DNA from: Basidiobolus meristosporus CBS 931.73
Lineage: Eukaryota > Fungi > Basidiobolomycota
Reading direction: 5' to 3'
Assembly (NCBI GenBank): GCA_002104905.1
Contig: MCFE01000038.1
Coordinates: 140,215-204,214 of the forward strand
DNA: 64,000 bases
Shown here: in pieces, positions 12,599 to 28,146 of the stretch
Layout: each line of letters begins with the position of its first letter
How positions within the stretch are numbered: position 1 is the stretch's first letter
Made by a program: the position numbers and the translations under genes
The notes under the pieces: model-generated
What the model was told of the DNA's origin: nothing
The model's database searches: none
Seen by the model: only the letters and a program-made list of their open reading frames with translations

Positions 12599-15500
12599 TG
12601 CGCTAAATACTATTTTGTACAGTGAAGGGGTGGATTGTATCTGAAGAATGGAGTGGAAAGTGATTGAATAGAAGGACGAAACGGAGCATATTATAGCAAA
12701 AATCCAACTAGGAAAAAGGGGCTAAATTGTCGATCGCTATCATAAGCATATGAAAGTACTTTTTGAAATAACCGAATTCGCATCCACTAGCTTTATTAGA
12801 TGACATATTTAGAACACGCCTTTCTAAAGGAAAAGTTTGGAGTCAACACTTTCACATGATTGTGAAGAGTTCTATGCATCAGATCTTAATTTGGGCATCT
12901 ATAACTACCAGTGCCACAAACCGTGGGGACTTGCTATTATAAAGAGATCCAATTAATTGACTACGATCCTTAGCCTTAGGCTTAGCCAATCATCATGTGC
13001 GCTTGCACCAGTGGGCATTGCTACCATCAATCCCCTTCCATTCCATAAGAATCGGTAATGTGGGTGAACGTAGACCACATCAAGCAGTAAGCTGCTTTAG
13101 GCTTCAAAACAACCTGATGGTTGATCGGTTGCATCATTTTGTATGGGCAAGCCATTGGAAAGATTACGGATGTCTTCTGGCATTGCCCATGTTAGCATGT
13201 GGCAGCAGAGCTTAGCTCATTGAATGTAGAGGCTGTAATGATGTCCATGTGAAAGTGGCTTTGGGTGAAATTCCAATTTGACCACAGCGCATCAATCTGA
13301 CTTAATCCAGAACCCGTTTCATCAGTGAAATTGTACCAAAATAGAGTATGGAGATCAGCTAGCGTGATCTGACCTCCATTGATACATTTCCTCCATTAAA
13401 ATAACAATGCATCCGAACATACAAGGGTCGTGTTCGCTCTAAGGTTTTGCCACAACAATATTGGGCATTATCACCTTGGACTCTACTAGGCTTATCATTG
13501 GAAAGGAGGCTGTACCACGATGTCAATTCATCGATTGCACTCATATGACAATTAGGGCGCTGCGATCTCATTGGATATGGGGCAGACATGTGAGAGCACA
13601 CTACCTAATCGAATTCCTTGAATAACGATTGAACAATAACAATATTGGTCCCATGGAATCACATGAAAACCAGCTCCATGAGCCTACGTGACGGTCCAAA
13701 CCGGTTTTTCCGCGGATTCCTCTCTCACATGTCGATGCAGCAAGTAGCAGCTGTACTCAAAGCTAGATTGATCCGGCATATCGAATTCAGGGTCCAGAAC
13801 ACATTGTATGAAAATATTCTCTCGATCAAGCAGTCCTTTTTTTCATGGTACTCTTGTCATCAGTGATAGGAGGCTGGCGACGGTGCGGAGCATCGGAATC
13901 ACATGCCAGCAGACAATCTCAATACCCGACTACTTCGTATCTGCTAGTCGATTTAGGAAAGATTGTGTCAGGGGGATTAGTCTAACTTACCCAGACAAAC
14001 GAGCTTTACTGAACAGATAATTTGCTCCACGGAGTAAGCGAAAAAATGAAACCCTAACCTGCTCGATGTTCAGTTTCAAGGTATGAATTTTCATATGATT
14101 TCATTTGTCACGTACAGTCGTTGGCCCACCTGTTTAATAAATGAAGATACCGTGAGGAGGTTTCGAAGAGTCTCCTTTGGTGCCTGGTAAAAGCTGGGGT
14201 GTTTCAACCAACCCAGCTATTCCCAAAAAATCCGCCAACTTCAGGGACACATCCCATCCACACCAAGCGCTAGAAATCCACTTACTACTCACTGCTGATA
14301 AGGCATGCCGACGCCAATCAAGTTTCTGAAGCATCTTTCAATCTCCTATTCCAAATAACCTTTACATCGTGTTTTTCATCTTCACATGCAACAACCTGGA
14401 GCTTGCATTGGGATACAAAATCGATTCGAATTATACCAGCACAGGTTTCAAACGTGACAGTCCAGTGAGCATGATTGGTGGATCTGATTTTGAAGGGAGA
14501 TCTCAGTTGTCTATCTTTGTATCATCCCAATATATAGAGTGATAGGAGATATACGGGATTCATTCATTTGACAATGCGTATTGTCTACATGAATGGAAGT
14601 ACAACTATAGTCAGTAAATACATTTAAGGATATGTCTTCAAGCCAGAGGATAAGTTAGTATTGTTTACATGTGATAGAACGTGGTAGAGGGCATTTGACA
14701 AACAACCTGGTTAGTTGGCAGCTCGTGATGTTTCCAAATCGATCCTTATTAGAACTGTTTACGGAATATTCACCGCAACTGTTATGTCTAAATACTGATC
14801 CATACGACCTAGATCCAAGGATTAGTGAGGACAGAGACTAGAATGGAAACTGATATATATTACCCAACTCCAAGGCTTCATGGTGACATGACATTGGTGT
14901 CGCCTCGGTAAGAGTGTACTGTCACAACATATAGGTGATCGTGGACGTAAGTGTGCCAAGGGTAAGAAAAGGGGTGGTGGACCTCTCCTACATGGCCACT
15001 GACACATGATAATAAGCAATTTTAAAAATACAATTAGGTGAGAGATTTGTAAAGATATTACAAACTAGTATTACTAGACGGATCAGAGTGCCTAGAGGTG
15101 ATGTCCCAAATGCATCTACAGTTGTATACGTTTGGAGCAATATAGTTGGCATCGAAAGCATGTAGCACCTGTACAATGGATGACAGCCTTTTTGGTATTG
15201 TAGCAAAGACCAATTTGTATGATTTTTCAACTCATCAATAATTGCAAGTAGCGAGGAGGTAGCTGTTCATTGCGTAGGTCTGAAAGACAACAAATACTAC
15301 CAATTCTGTTTGAAAAGCGGCAAACAGAATTTCTTGGATTCCCAAAAGCAAACTCACTCATGTTGTGCATTACTAGGTGGGCATCCTATAGCTTAAATTT
15401 TTTATATGCTCTCACAGCAGTTGGTTGATGAGCTTATCTCAATGCCATAAGATCCACGATGCTCACTGGCAACTAAATACAAAGCACCAAATAAATTCAT

Positions 15501-15952
15501 TATATCTACTAGAGATGATTGCTAGATACAAAGACACCAAGTATTCAATGAGCAATGGAATATTCATTTCTAAAGGTTTACTAGATTACTCTGATCATTT
15601 GACACATGAATAAAATTATGTGGGTTCAAATATCTCTAAATAGGTATGAAAATGTGGCTATTGTGACCTGGATCTCCTGATGGTGAGGAGGTATGAGCAT
15701 ACAGGGGGGAGTAGCAATGTAACAAATGTTGATTTACAGGAAGCACACATCACTAGTCCAGTACATCGACTCTGATTCCAGCACAGTTGGTGCTACTGCT
15801 GTAAGCGCAATACACTCACTCGAATAACTATGATGAAATTGCAACATCTATAATATTAATTTAACCTCGGGTCCAATGATGCCGAGGGAGTGTAGAAAGA
15901 CCTCGTAAACGAATGTGTGCGACGGTTCCATTTTCACTGAATGGTGGTATTA

Positions 15953-17279
15953 TCACAGACGATGTCCCGGCACTGCATAGAATACTACCACAATTGCTGC
16001 GCTGATAAATAGCGTGTAACCGGTGATTTGGAGCGCTTGAATCATATGCAAATGCCGGATATGCGAGTCTTTGACACGGTTGAAATGGAGTAAGCTTTTT
16101 TCACTGTATACTATAGTTAGCCAGGTCCGTTTTATCAAGATATGTGCTTTCGCAGAACTGAATCTCCTACCTTATTCCCAGGATTGTCAAAAGAGGAGAG
16201 AATCGTTTTTGGTGTACAATGATGTTCAGTACGCCGATCCAGATTGGTATAAACCCCTAAATAAAAGGTAAGTTCCACACGTTTGCCCCTAGATTTAAAT
16301 AATGCTTGGATAGACCTACCCATAAGCGAGTCAGTTTTGGTTGGTGGTCTAGAAAGATGAGAGCAAACTCAATAGAAAAGCCTAGTATCAATATAAAAAG
16401 ACCCAAGACTAGACGACTCATTGCATGCAAGGTAACAATATTGGAATAAGCTCTAGCCCAAATAAACCTAGGGAAAGAGTTATGCGCCATGTAGTCAAAC
16501 ACAAAGAGCTTGGCTTCGAGAAACACTTCAGGATCGTCACGGTGTTCGCTTTCGATCATTTGGCTTATACGTTGACGTATCATTTGTGGAAGCACGAGTT
16601 CCTTTTCAGCCCCCGACACGATGTATTTGTAGTATATTTTTTCGGCGGACAGTCTTAAATCATCTCGTTGAACCTTCTTATTACCCACACTCAATCCCCG
16701 GAATTCTGAGTCGATATGCCGTTTTGTATCATACCCATTGGAGTCAGCTAGAGGCTCCAAAGGTTCTGTGCGTGCAATGGGCGTGGTTTGATCCATGGGA
16801 TTTAAATTTTGTGTATCCCTGGCTTGACTGGCTCTCTTTTCGGCGCCAGAGCCGCTTATGGTACTGAATCTGAGTTCATCGGATACCTCCTTAAGGCTAA
16901 GCTTATTGTACGTCCCAGTACCATCCATAGAAGAAAATGAGCGGGAACCATTTTGAGAATTATGTAGGCTGGCAAGCAACTGTTTGCAATAAAGCTTACA
17001 CAAATTCTCGTGAGCAACGACGTCCAGCCAGAAATCGAGATTCTCTACTGAAAGAAAAGAATCGCGTAGGAATAGATAGTAGTTGTACAAACATACTGGT
17101 GGCAAGGTCTTTCTTGAAAGAATTTGCTCAAGGGTTGGAAGCTTAGGGTCGTTCACAACGAATCGAGAGTCTAAGAAATTCCACAAGATATACTGGTTAC
17201 CCTCCGATTTGACATGCTCTTGTCCTGTTTTCGCGGAATACTCTCCATATTGTGCTGCTCCTGGAAACTTTTCCGACAT
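15953..17279 (-). CDS. Rax1-like RGS-domain membrane protein (polarity/bud-site landmark family), 3 exons
   Basis: LPTLEQILSRKTLPPVCLYNYYLFLRD...ENLDFWLDV and IYYKYIVSGAEKELVLP mark the RGS fold, followed by hydrophobic TM segments. Two GT-AG introns near 16.32-16.26 kb and 16.17-16.11 kb lead to the final exon ending ...FYAVPGHRL*. Confidence 0.85.
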
Positions 17280-19303
17280 CTTGGAATATGAAACTGTTGA
17301 TCACGAATGAGTATCACCCTTTGAATTATATTGTCTATAGGTATGTTGCTGTTCCCCTGTCCTTGTGCGGAGGATGTGGTGTTGATATATGATATTGAAG
17401 TCTATAAATCGAATAAATTTGGGAACGTGTAGAAGTAATGACTTTGTTGGAGGCTACCCACGTCAATTGGTGAGCGTATTCTAGACAAGTTTAGAAAGTC
17501 TATTGTAGTAGTACAAGCCAGAATATAGAACGAGGCAATAAAAGATATAAAATGGAGACAGACACGGCTTATGATTAAGAATGAAGCAGGAATAAAATGA
17601 TACTAACTGCACGAATAAAATATGCGATCAATGAATGCTATATTGACCTGGTAGCCAGTAAAAGCTCCTGTTTATTATTTACTGCCTAATTCGAAAGTAT
17701 GCAAACATCATCCAAGTTGAATAAATGATGAATGTTGTACAGGTCTCCAGCAGCCAAAATCTACATGGTATATCATTGATTCTTTATTGACCGATCGATG
17801 GACTGATTGGTGAACTATACTTCGTGGTACAATAGAATATCTGGTCGGAAACTTTGCTATTCCAAAACGACCTCAACCAGCGATATCACATGGAACCTCG
17901 GTCACGTATGTAAATTAAGCAAGATGCGAATTTGGTTCTAGGGTGAATGGATCCAAGCTGCATGATTCTGAATACCGAAGCTCCGATCTACATTGTTTGA
18001 ATATATCCCAGCCCCTCCCAGCACCTTGAGCCAATGAACTCTCATTGACACACACTAATGAGCCATGCCAGGCACTGCAACACATACCGAAAATGAAGTG
18101 AGGAGCTCAGACAACTGAGGCGAATACAACTAAGGATCAAGATTCAATATGCGTCCCAGATAGAAGATCTATGCAACCTTTACTTAATGACCGACGTCGG
18201 GTGCATGGGCACTTCTATACGCAATCCTTGAAGTATCTTTGCTTGCAAGCTCTACGTAATAGAAAGGCTTAGATTTCCCCCTCCAGCGATGCTCTATCAT
18301 TGCCAATCATTGCCAGGTATGATCCAGACTGGATCCACCAGATATCTTCCAATCTATATGGATGGTCTACCAAATCACCCCAACCAATGGAAGAATAGGG
18401 ATTGTTTACATTATCATTCTGGACAAAGCCCTTACCTCCCATTGAGATTCAAGAAAAATTCTTCCCGACGTTTCTATCGCCTGTACGGCCCTTTCAAAAC
18501 GTAAATTCTGTCATACGCTCTGCTTACGTATTAACCATTCGAATCTGGATTTAGAAACCAAATCCAATCGACTAATATAATCTCCATATAGTAAAGATAA
18601 CGGTATATCCTCTACCAATGGCGTGTCGAGGGAATCTCAGCGACAGATCAAAGATGAGGAATGTGATCGCTTACGCACAAACACTAGGACACCGACTTGG
18701 TCTACTGGATAGCCGGTGTTCTCGTCACTGTGATTGCTCCAAACCGACGGTCCGATGTGGCCGTCCTAAACCAAAACCAGCTGTAGAGAAGTGAGCCAAA
18801 TGAAGATAACAATGAATCACAGCCAGCTGGCCGTAACCGGGCATGCGATGCTGGTGGAGAATACAACAATATCGTAAAAAAATTTTAATGCTATGATGAC
18901 AACTTGCTCAGGTACTGCACATGTGCCCAGAGGTTGAAATCTAGGCGATTGATTGGTCTACAATGGAAAAATGTCAAGTGATAATTGGTATCCACTACAG
19001 TGATATCACATTGGAATAACGCGTACAAGGATTTCGAATGGATTTTATGATTCACAAAATATGTTGATGGCTGGATATTTATTGATTTCGTCATATACGA
19101 TTAAGCGCATCGGGTTACTTGCGTTGCTGGATTTTGGGGTTCTACCCATAGAAAATGATTATTGGAGTAGTTTTATACCCCATGCATTATTGATATTTTT
19201 TTGTGGTTCGACCAGGGATACGCTGGATTTCGTCATGGCGCTTATAACGATCGAGTTGACTTTGGATCTCCTCTAAGTCTTTTCCTACTCATTGAACATC
19301 ACT

Positions 19304-20611
<1,308 letters not shown>

Positions 20612-21082
20612 GCGTTTTTTTCTACTTTATAATTTTGTTATGCATGCAAACTTCTTCCAGCACTTGATTTTAATAAGAAATGATTAAAATCCGATAAAAG
20701 GTGGTTTTTAAGTTGATAATTCTCTACCAGACCAAGAGTCGTTTTCCAATAGAATGTATCGAGCGTGCTCATGTGACTGGGGTGACCGCAGGTGTCCAGG
20801 TGGGGTTTTGGACGAATTCGTAATATAGTGGGAAGAATTAATTTGATTGTATGGTTTGAGAGGTTGCCCAACTAGCATAACCATCAGCTTTCTTTACTAT
20901 CGATCCCGATCTCAATGCTGGCTTGAATATTGTGAGACTCTTCGTATCATCATAGTCCTGCATAGGGCAAAGTAATCGAGGGAATGGTGGTATTTCAACG
21001 ATGCCTCTGCAAAAACGATGCACCTAAATGGAGGAATGCCATTTACCTCGTGAATATATAGGGACGATTCGTTCCTGGGCCT

Positions 21083-22547
21083 ATGCTTCATCTCGTAATA
21101 TTTGCCATGTATGACTACGACGACACTATTCCTGTTGTGCTAGTGGAGGGATTTCTTGGCTTTGCAAGTTCGAAGTATTGGGGTAGCGGGCTACAAAACT
21201 ATGGTGCCCGAAGAAGGCGTTTAATATATCTGGATCTGGGTTGCGTATCCTCTCTTCATGACCGTGCCTGCGAGCTGTTTTATCAACTTAAAGGTGGAAC
21301 CGTTGATTATGGCCAAGAACACTCTAGACAATTTGGCCATCAACGGTATGGGAAAACCTACCAAGGTATGGTGCTGGTACGGTGAGCTGGGTTTAGTCAT
21401 ACCTAACCAATTAATTAGGACTGTATCCGGAATGGAGCTCAGCAAAGCCACTGCATTTCATAGGCCATTCATACGTAAGTGCTGGGAAATTGCCGGAATA
21501 TAGTCCAAGCTCACCAACATTGCTTACTCTTTTCCAGGGTGGAAATACCGCATGGTATCTCCAACAATTCCTACATCAAAAGGAATTTGAGGGTCATCAA
21601 AACACTTGTGCCGATTGGGTTCAAAGTCTGACCACGATTTCCTCGCCTTTACGTGGTACCACCATCACGCATACCATTGGAAGATATGAGGATGAGATAG
21701 GCGGTGTGCGGGCGTTATCACTAGGCTCGCTTATGTACAGAGCTATCCTGCTTTATGAATGGCTGGATATAACATGGCTTAAAGAGCATGTCTTTAATTT
21801 TAACCTTGATCATTGGCCCTTCACTCCCAACAAGGGCATGTCATGGATGGAGCTAGTAAGACATCTACTGGTTGGTTGTGATTGGGCAGAGGGAGTAGAT
21901 AATGCCCCCTATGATCTCACCATCCAACGTATGGAGTCCATCAATAAGACGGCAAAAACCTTTGAATCCACGTATTACCGCTCGTTCGCCGCATCAATGG
22001 TACGGTCAAAAAGCCACTGCACACCAGCACATAACTCACGAATTATTGGTAGACATTCAGGCCGAGCTGGTGCTCCTATCACATTCCCAAACTGTGCGCA
22101 AATGCAGCCCTGATGGTTTCCTCAGCCGTTATTGGAAGATTCAGTTTCAACCACTCGGACATGAATATGATGGGCTGGCGAGAGAATGATGGTGTTTGTC
22201 CGTTGATTTCACAAGTGCATCCTGGCGAATGTAGGTATGTGATACAAACATCATTTCCTGGAGACAATCGTTTTGCTGAAGTGTTGTATAGGGTGGGCCA
22301 TTGCGAACACTCTTCTGGTTTAAACAGGTCCCCCGAATTGCCAATGCCAGGCATATGGAAGGTGAACGAACTCCATGGGTGTAACCATTTTAGTATTATC
22401 CCAAGTATATACCCCAGTCTGTTGTATATTGAGCTGTTTAAAGAGTATTTTGGATACTTGGATCAGATTGACTACCTCAAGCAAAGCCTGGGCTTTAGTT
22501 CGGCCTCCCAGCACAGCCCTACCACCAAATGTCGTGGTTTCAATTGA
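21083..22547 (+). CDS. Alpha/beta-hydrolase lipase, Geobacillus/Staphylococcus lipase-like family, 4 introns
   Basis: PVVLVEGFLG; SSLHDRACELFYQLKGGTVDYGQEHSRQFGHQRYGKTY; nucleophile GHSY|GG split by an intron; SLTTISSPLRGT; WRENDGV (Asp); GCNHFSIIP (His). Confidence 0.88.
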
Positions 22548-23356
22548 GGTTTTCACTTTTGTAGCAAATACACTTGTAGCTATTTTCAAGAACTGATGCA
22601 TAGATCCAAATTTTCCTTGATGCACATTGTTGTAGATATTTGGTCTATTGAAATATCAAATCATCAACAGAATGGGGGTTGTGAATTAAGTGAAAATGAT
22701 ATGTGCATGTCTGCTCTGTATTTTCGTGGGCTAAAGTCGGTGCAAGTTGGTAAGCTCAAATTATACCTAATATGCAATGTAGGTACACCACCGTCCTTGA
22801 TTAAATAACCTGTCGTAAGAGAGATCACTTGACATGTTCCTCAAAGGTATCGTGATTTGAAGTTGAGCCTACCCGAAGACCCAAAGATCAATAGATCGTA
22901 CTCCAGAGGAGGGCTCCTTCAAATACATCAAGTTATGTATAAATATCATGTTTATGCACTATCCACTCTTGAATGTACATTTTCCTGACATGGCCATAAT
23001 ATAAGGCTGACTTGATGCATTACCTGCTCATATGACCATGGTGACACCAATGTTACCCTTGTGATTTAACTATTTTTTTGATTCAAACCGTCGCACAGGA
23101 CGGTGTCAGTGGGATCTAGGTTTAGAATCCACACGATTGGTTATGCAAATAGGCACTCACGTTATGAAATTGTAGTGACTTTGATGATCTTTAATGGTAG
23201 GTGTTCAACTATTTGAGCCAAATGGTCTATTTAACTATATATATATGTAGGTTGGAGGTGGGGGAAGCAAAATCTATTTTCCTTAGTACACTCTGCCTGC
23301 CGATAGTGTGAACCTCATATTGCACAATATATTGCTTGTACAAAGTACCACAGCTT

Positions 23357-24886
23357 ATGCCCGTTCAAATACCTACACCTTGTTTAAGGCAAATCTTGAG
23401 ATGGTTGAAGTATGACAAAAACACATGTTCTAGACTTTGCATAGTCAGTAGAGCGTGGTCAGAGGTAGCTACTTTCTATCTTTACCGCGATCCCTGGGCT
23501 TTAATCTTGAGTAGTAGCATGTCGCAAAGCCAGCGCAAAATGAGCATTACAAAGTTGCTTAGAACCTATCTTAGTTGCTTGGACCTCGATACCTTTGACC
23601 CCGAAGAGCTAGACGCTGTTGCTACCATCGATGCGTTGTGTTCACATGTGGGCTATCTAAGTCGTTTCTACCTCTTAGTTCAAGGTTTTTTCAATCAAAT
23701 GAATCCGATTTTGGATGATAGAGAGCTTCAACATGCCGTAGAAACCTTTCAATCTGTATATTTCTCAGCATTCAAGCAGCCTATCTATAATTATATTGCG
23801 TTGGCTCGCAGTTTTGATTTGATCGGCATCCAAGAGTTTCTACGCCTAGCAAAGGCTGACCCATTCCCATTTCTTAGCTTCGAGTATACTCTTGAAGAAG
23901 TCATGGTTGATCAAAGGCTGACACTGAAGTTATGGAGCGTAGCCAAGAGCGTTTGTGCACAACGTATCACACGCTTGGCTTGGGATGCCACAATTCCTGT
24001 GAACGACCTATTTGCCGGAGCCCAGAGTTTTCATTCGTTGACACATCTAGAAATACAATGGAAATACGATTCTTCAAATTGTTTCCTCGACGATCACCTT
24101 GATTTCGTGGCTAAGGCGTGCAACAACCTTGCGATACTTCACATTGTTATTGAAAGCAAGCGTAGCATAATCCTTGACAGCGATCTGGCCAGAGTGATCT
24201 GCAGCCAGCGTTCCAGCTCTTTGAGAGAAGTCAAGATCTGCGGACAATGTGATCCTTTGCATGAAACGATAGAATCATTAATTAGGAAGCACCGTGACAG
24301 TCTCTCAACATTCAGGATCCTAAAGAACGATTCGGGTCGGATACCAATTGCTAGAATCTCTTCTTTTCTAAACCTAAGTGTCTTGGAACTCGTGGATTGT
24401 TTCATCAGAGAGCGAGATCTGGAATATATTGCTCAACATGGTGCACCTTTAAGAACAATAATATTGCGTCACTTACGACATATCACTTGGTCAAGTATTC
24501 GGAAATTAGCCCAGAAAGCTGGCTTAGCCTTGCACGAATTAATCGTCGAGGAAATTGAAGAACACACCATAGACTCGAACACAGTCCAGGTGATAGCACA
24601 TCACTGTCAAGATGTTGAACATTTCCAGATCGAGATGATTTGTGTTGATAACAACGATTTAGCTCAGCTTTTACGCAACTGCCATAAACTGAGGTTTTTG
24701 TCATTTGGAGAGTTGTCGAGAAATACGCCAACTGATGGAGATCAACTAGTCCAATTGATTATTGACAACTGTCCTCTACTTAGGTATCTCTATGCACCGG
24801 AAATGGTTACTACTGAGTCAGCTTTGCAAACTCTGCTGCAGCACCGACAATTAGAGAAGATATCTCTCCCAACTGTTCTTATCTAG
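23357..24886 (+). CDS. F-box-like / RNI-type LRR protein
   Basis: N-terminal IPTPCLRQILRWL...LCIVSRAWSEVATFYLYRDPW is an F-box-like motif. Repeated LxxLxL/C units follow (LTHLEI, LREVKI, LSVLEL, CHKLRFLSF, CPLLRYL). Intronless. First ATG is at 23357; the track start is TTG. Confidence 0.85.
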   Translation: MPVQIPTPCLRQILRWLKYDKNTCSRLCIVSRAWSEVATFYLYRDPWALILSSSMSQSQRKMSITKLLRTYLSCLDLDTFDPEELDAVATIDALCSHVGYLSRFYLLVQGFFNQMNPILDDRELQHAVETFQSVYFSAFKQPIYNYIALARSFDLIGIQEFLRLAKADPFPFLSFEYTLEEVMVDQRLTLKLWSVAKSVCAQRITRLAWDATIPVNDLFAGAQSFHSLTHLEIQWKYDSSNCFLDDHLDFVAKACNNLAILHIVIESKRSIILDSDLARVICSQRSSSLREVKICGQCDPLHETIESLIRKHRDSLSTFRILKNDSGRIPIARISSFLNLSVLELVDCFIRERDLEYIAQHGAPLRTIILRHLRHITWSSIRKLAQKAGLALHELIVEEIEEHTIDSNTVQVIAHHCQDVEHFQIEMICVDNNDLAQLLRNCHKLRFLSFGELSRNTPTDGDQLVQLIIDNCPLLRYLYAPEMVTTESALQTLLQHRQLEKISLPTVLI

Positions 24887-25096
24887 CAATTTATTATGTA
24901 TATTGAGAGTTGTGTGATAGTAATTTAAAAACATGTACGATTAAACATTGTTAGCATCCCAGCTGCACCTGTAAGTGATGGTTCCGATTGAAAAGCTTGT
25001 CCAGGATCACTGACAAGTAAACACTGTGTCAGTATACCCATTATGAGGGGGCTGCATAGAATTTTCCTAATGTCTTGTCGATACTCATCGTAAATC

Positions 25097-28000
25097 CTAT
25101 TTCTTCTGAATAATTGCTATCGGGGCAGTTGTTGGTCTGAAAGTATCATGTTACTAAATTGTAAATCCACAAGTAACTGAATCTAAGACCTTCCATGGGC
25201 GCACTGGAATGGGTTGGCACAATAACCTAACGACCTTATCAATCGTTGACACTCCAATTCATTTAGAGCATCGTTGAACATGATGGCGCCTAAAGAAAAA
25301 GGTTGAGCTGAGTAAATCATATGAATTGTCAGTGCAATAATACACTACTGCGACAAGCTTGTGAATTCAAAATTTCAATAAACCCTTGAGGACAGCCGGT
25401 CAAATTCTGCGCCCATGCTTTGCTCAATGAAAATGGTTGTAATCGGACCGCCCAACGATTTTCCTCTAGCCAGTGGATATGCTGTTTGATCATATTCCGA
25501 GTGGTGGTAAAATCGTTGAGACATCTATTAGCAATACATTTGGGTAGTTCTGATACAAAGATTGCACGTGTATTTTCCGTTTGAGGTTGAATCTTATCGT
25601 GTTCATCGACAGGCTTCCATTTAATTCCCCAACGGTGAAAATTCTCTTGAGCTTCTTGCAGGCCGTCGTACTCTTTGGGAGTAAGGCCAATTTCGATATG
25701 AAATGGTAATATTTCCGTCTCAACGATTAACTCGGTCTGACTTATTTTCGTAAATACTTTCTGAAAGAGGCGTTCAAGCTTTATACGCTCATCAGCAGCG
25801 TGCTGATCAACCAGAAGCAGAAGTTCAGATTGATCAAAACGAATAATTTTACAGAATACGAATTTTCTATAAACTTGAAACATCGCTTTCATCTTTTGAA
25901 AATCTTCGATTTTTAGCTCTATATCACTCTGAGTATTCACTGCTGATGGAATCGGTAATGGAGAATGATGGTGATCTTTAGTCCGGTACGAGGTCAACGC
26001 AGTCTGGTCTGCTGATTGCCCTTGATATTGTGAAACTGAATCTCAACACCGTTATTACTATGCTACTTCTGTAATAGAGACATATTGCACCTACCACATA
26101 ATAATTTGTCAAAATAGATTGAAAATATCCCATTTAGTACTTTCAGAAATGGCTTCATAAAACGATATTTTCTATGTAGCATACCTACACTTGTGGGATT
26201 CATCCGTATTAGCAATCAGTGTCATATAGAGTACTACGAGACAAAAATAAATACGAAATGTCATGCTTTAAATCCGATGGTTTGGTTGGATATGGCATTT
26301 GGTAAATCTCTTGCGGCGCCTGAGTACTACAGCATAAATACTCATGAACATATTTTTGACAGTTGAGGCTTACATATTGCACATCTTGTCGAGGTATAAG
26401 CTTGTATTCAGCCTTCTGAAAAAAACGTGACTGGAATATAGCATTCTACAAATACGTCGTCTAGTATTAGAACGCCTAGTATCAGAACAGATCTAACAAA
26501 TACTTGTCCATCTACATCAGATTCCTTTGTCGATTTGCTTCTAGAGAGACCGTACTCCTTCAAGAAATTGGTAACGAGTTCTGTGAACAGCGATCGGATC
26601 TCATCCCAATCCTTGTTTGTCATGAATATCATTATCTGCAGCTTTTGTAGATATTAAATATGTGCCTACCTCAAACTCAACTATAGACTTCGTGGGGTCA
26701 AGGCAGATATCGTATTCACTTGGTGAACAATGTAATTGAAGGGCATACACTGGATACTTTGGAATACATCAGCATCTATTGATTGTCCTTTTGTTGGGAA
26801 CATCACGTCTTGCGAAAATATTACCTGACTTCCAAAGTTGCTTGATGCAAAAAGTGAATTAATTGTAGAATGGAGTGAGTTGGCCAGAATTACTCTTTTG
26901 TTCAAGACTTCAAAGGGGCTTTCAGTGGAGATTCTCAATGATATTAGAAAAACCTCTAATCCTACATATATGTTGATGTTTCTGATAGTAGTAACATTAA
27001 TAATAGTCACGATTCTAGTTGCAAGTATTATTACCTGATTTGGATGTCCACAAAGAGATATGAAGCCTTTGATTGCCTTCTCATTTTTACTCCATTCGAC
27101 GCGTTGCAACTTTTTGACAAAACGTAACCATCAATCACTACAAGAGAGGCTAAAGTATGCATAGCTTACCTTTGTTCTAATGTTGCCATAGAATCGTCGT
27201 AAACCGACGGCCATTGATCGCTAGGGTAGTTAGCACTAATTACGCCAAAGTTTGTTGAAATACAGACCTTTTCAAGGGTGAGTATCCTCTGCTGCATACT
27301 GTCTCTTACGATAACACTGATCTGTGGGAAAGGAAGAAACAATATTTCTATTGCTCTCTTGATATCATGGATTTTGTGCCTCTTTGCTTGATAGAATTTC
27401 CGACGGACAGGATACTATATGTAAGATTTGTAAGACATCAAGGGCTCAATAGTGATGTGCGTATATGCACAACATTTTGGAATATGTCACAGAGTGCTGT
27501 TGTGGTTCCTACACCGTGTCTTCCAGAGCTTTTGCTAATTCCGGTATATTTAATCGTACCATTCTATCAACGAAGTCGTTAAATACACTGCCGAATCTAT
27601 AAAATAGAACATACCTTGATTATGCAAGAATATGAATCAAAATAATCCTTATGTAAACTAGATATCTCTATTGTTGCAAATTCGCTTATACTTGCTAATG
27701 CTAATCTGGATATTACTTCGTTATACCAGACATAAAAATGCACTGATGATTTACCTTCGCCCCGAAACCCGAAGGTAGTAATTGCCTTCAAGTCCTCCAA
27801 CGATTTACATTTCGATGTAGCTGTTGAGGATTTGTAAATACTCAATTCATCATTTTTCTCTAGATAGCCCTACCATATCTTTGCCCTAATTTCTTCATAT
27901 CATCCGGCTGTATGCCAGCCCCGTTATCCTCTACTCGAATATAAAACCTCTCTAAGTCAAGAGTGATTTGTATCTGGTTGGCGTTGGCATCTAAACCTTG

Positions 28001-28146
28001 TAAATTTGTATTAGTGTATGCGTAAAACGAAACTTCGTGATAGTGGTACTGTTTTGTAATAGCTCAAGAAGGCATTGCTCAACTGAGTTAATGTTGAGGT
28101 TTGCACGAAGTTGATGGACCACTTGTTGATCTAATTTACTTATCAT
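25097..28146 (-). CDS. MLH3: MutL homolog 3 (MutL-gamma endonuclease subunit), multi-intron
   Basis: MISKLDQQVVHQLRANLNINSVEQCLLELLQN|SLDA...VEDNGAGI...GQRY|ATSK...TFGFRGE|ALASI (GHKL ATPase). Endonuclease motif DQHAADERIKLE; SQACRS|AIMFND; PFQCAHGR|PT. Stop at 25097. Confidence 0.93.

Noticed and set aside
13200-13400. GGQITLADLH segment resembling a GST C-terminal or peroxygenase motif
   Set aside because: No start codon or splice context, and the upstream hallmark motifs are absent. At most an unidentifiable remnant.
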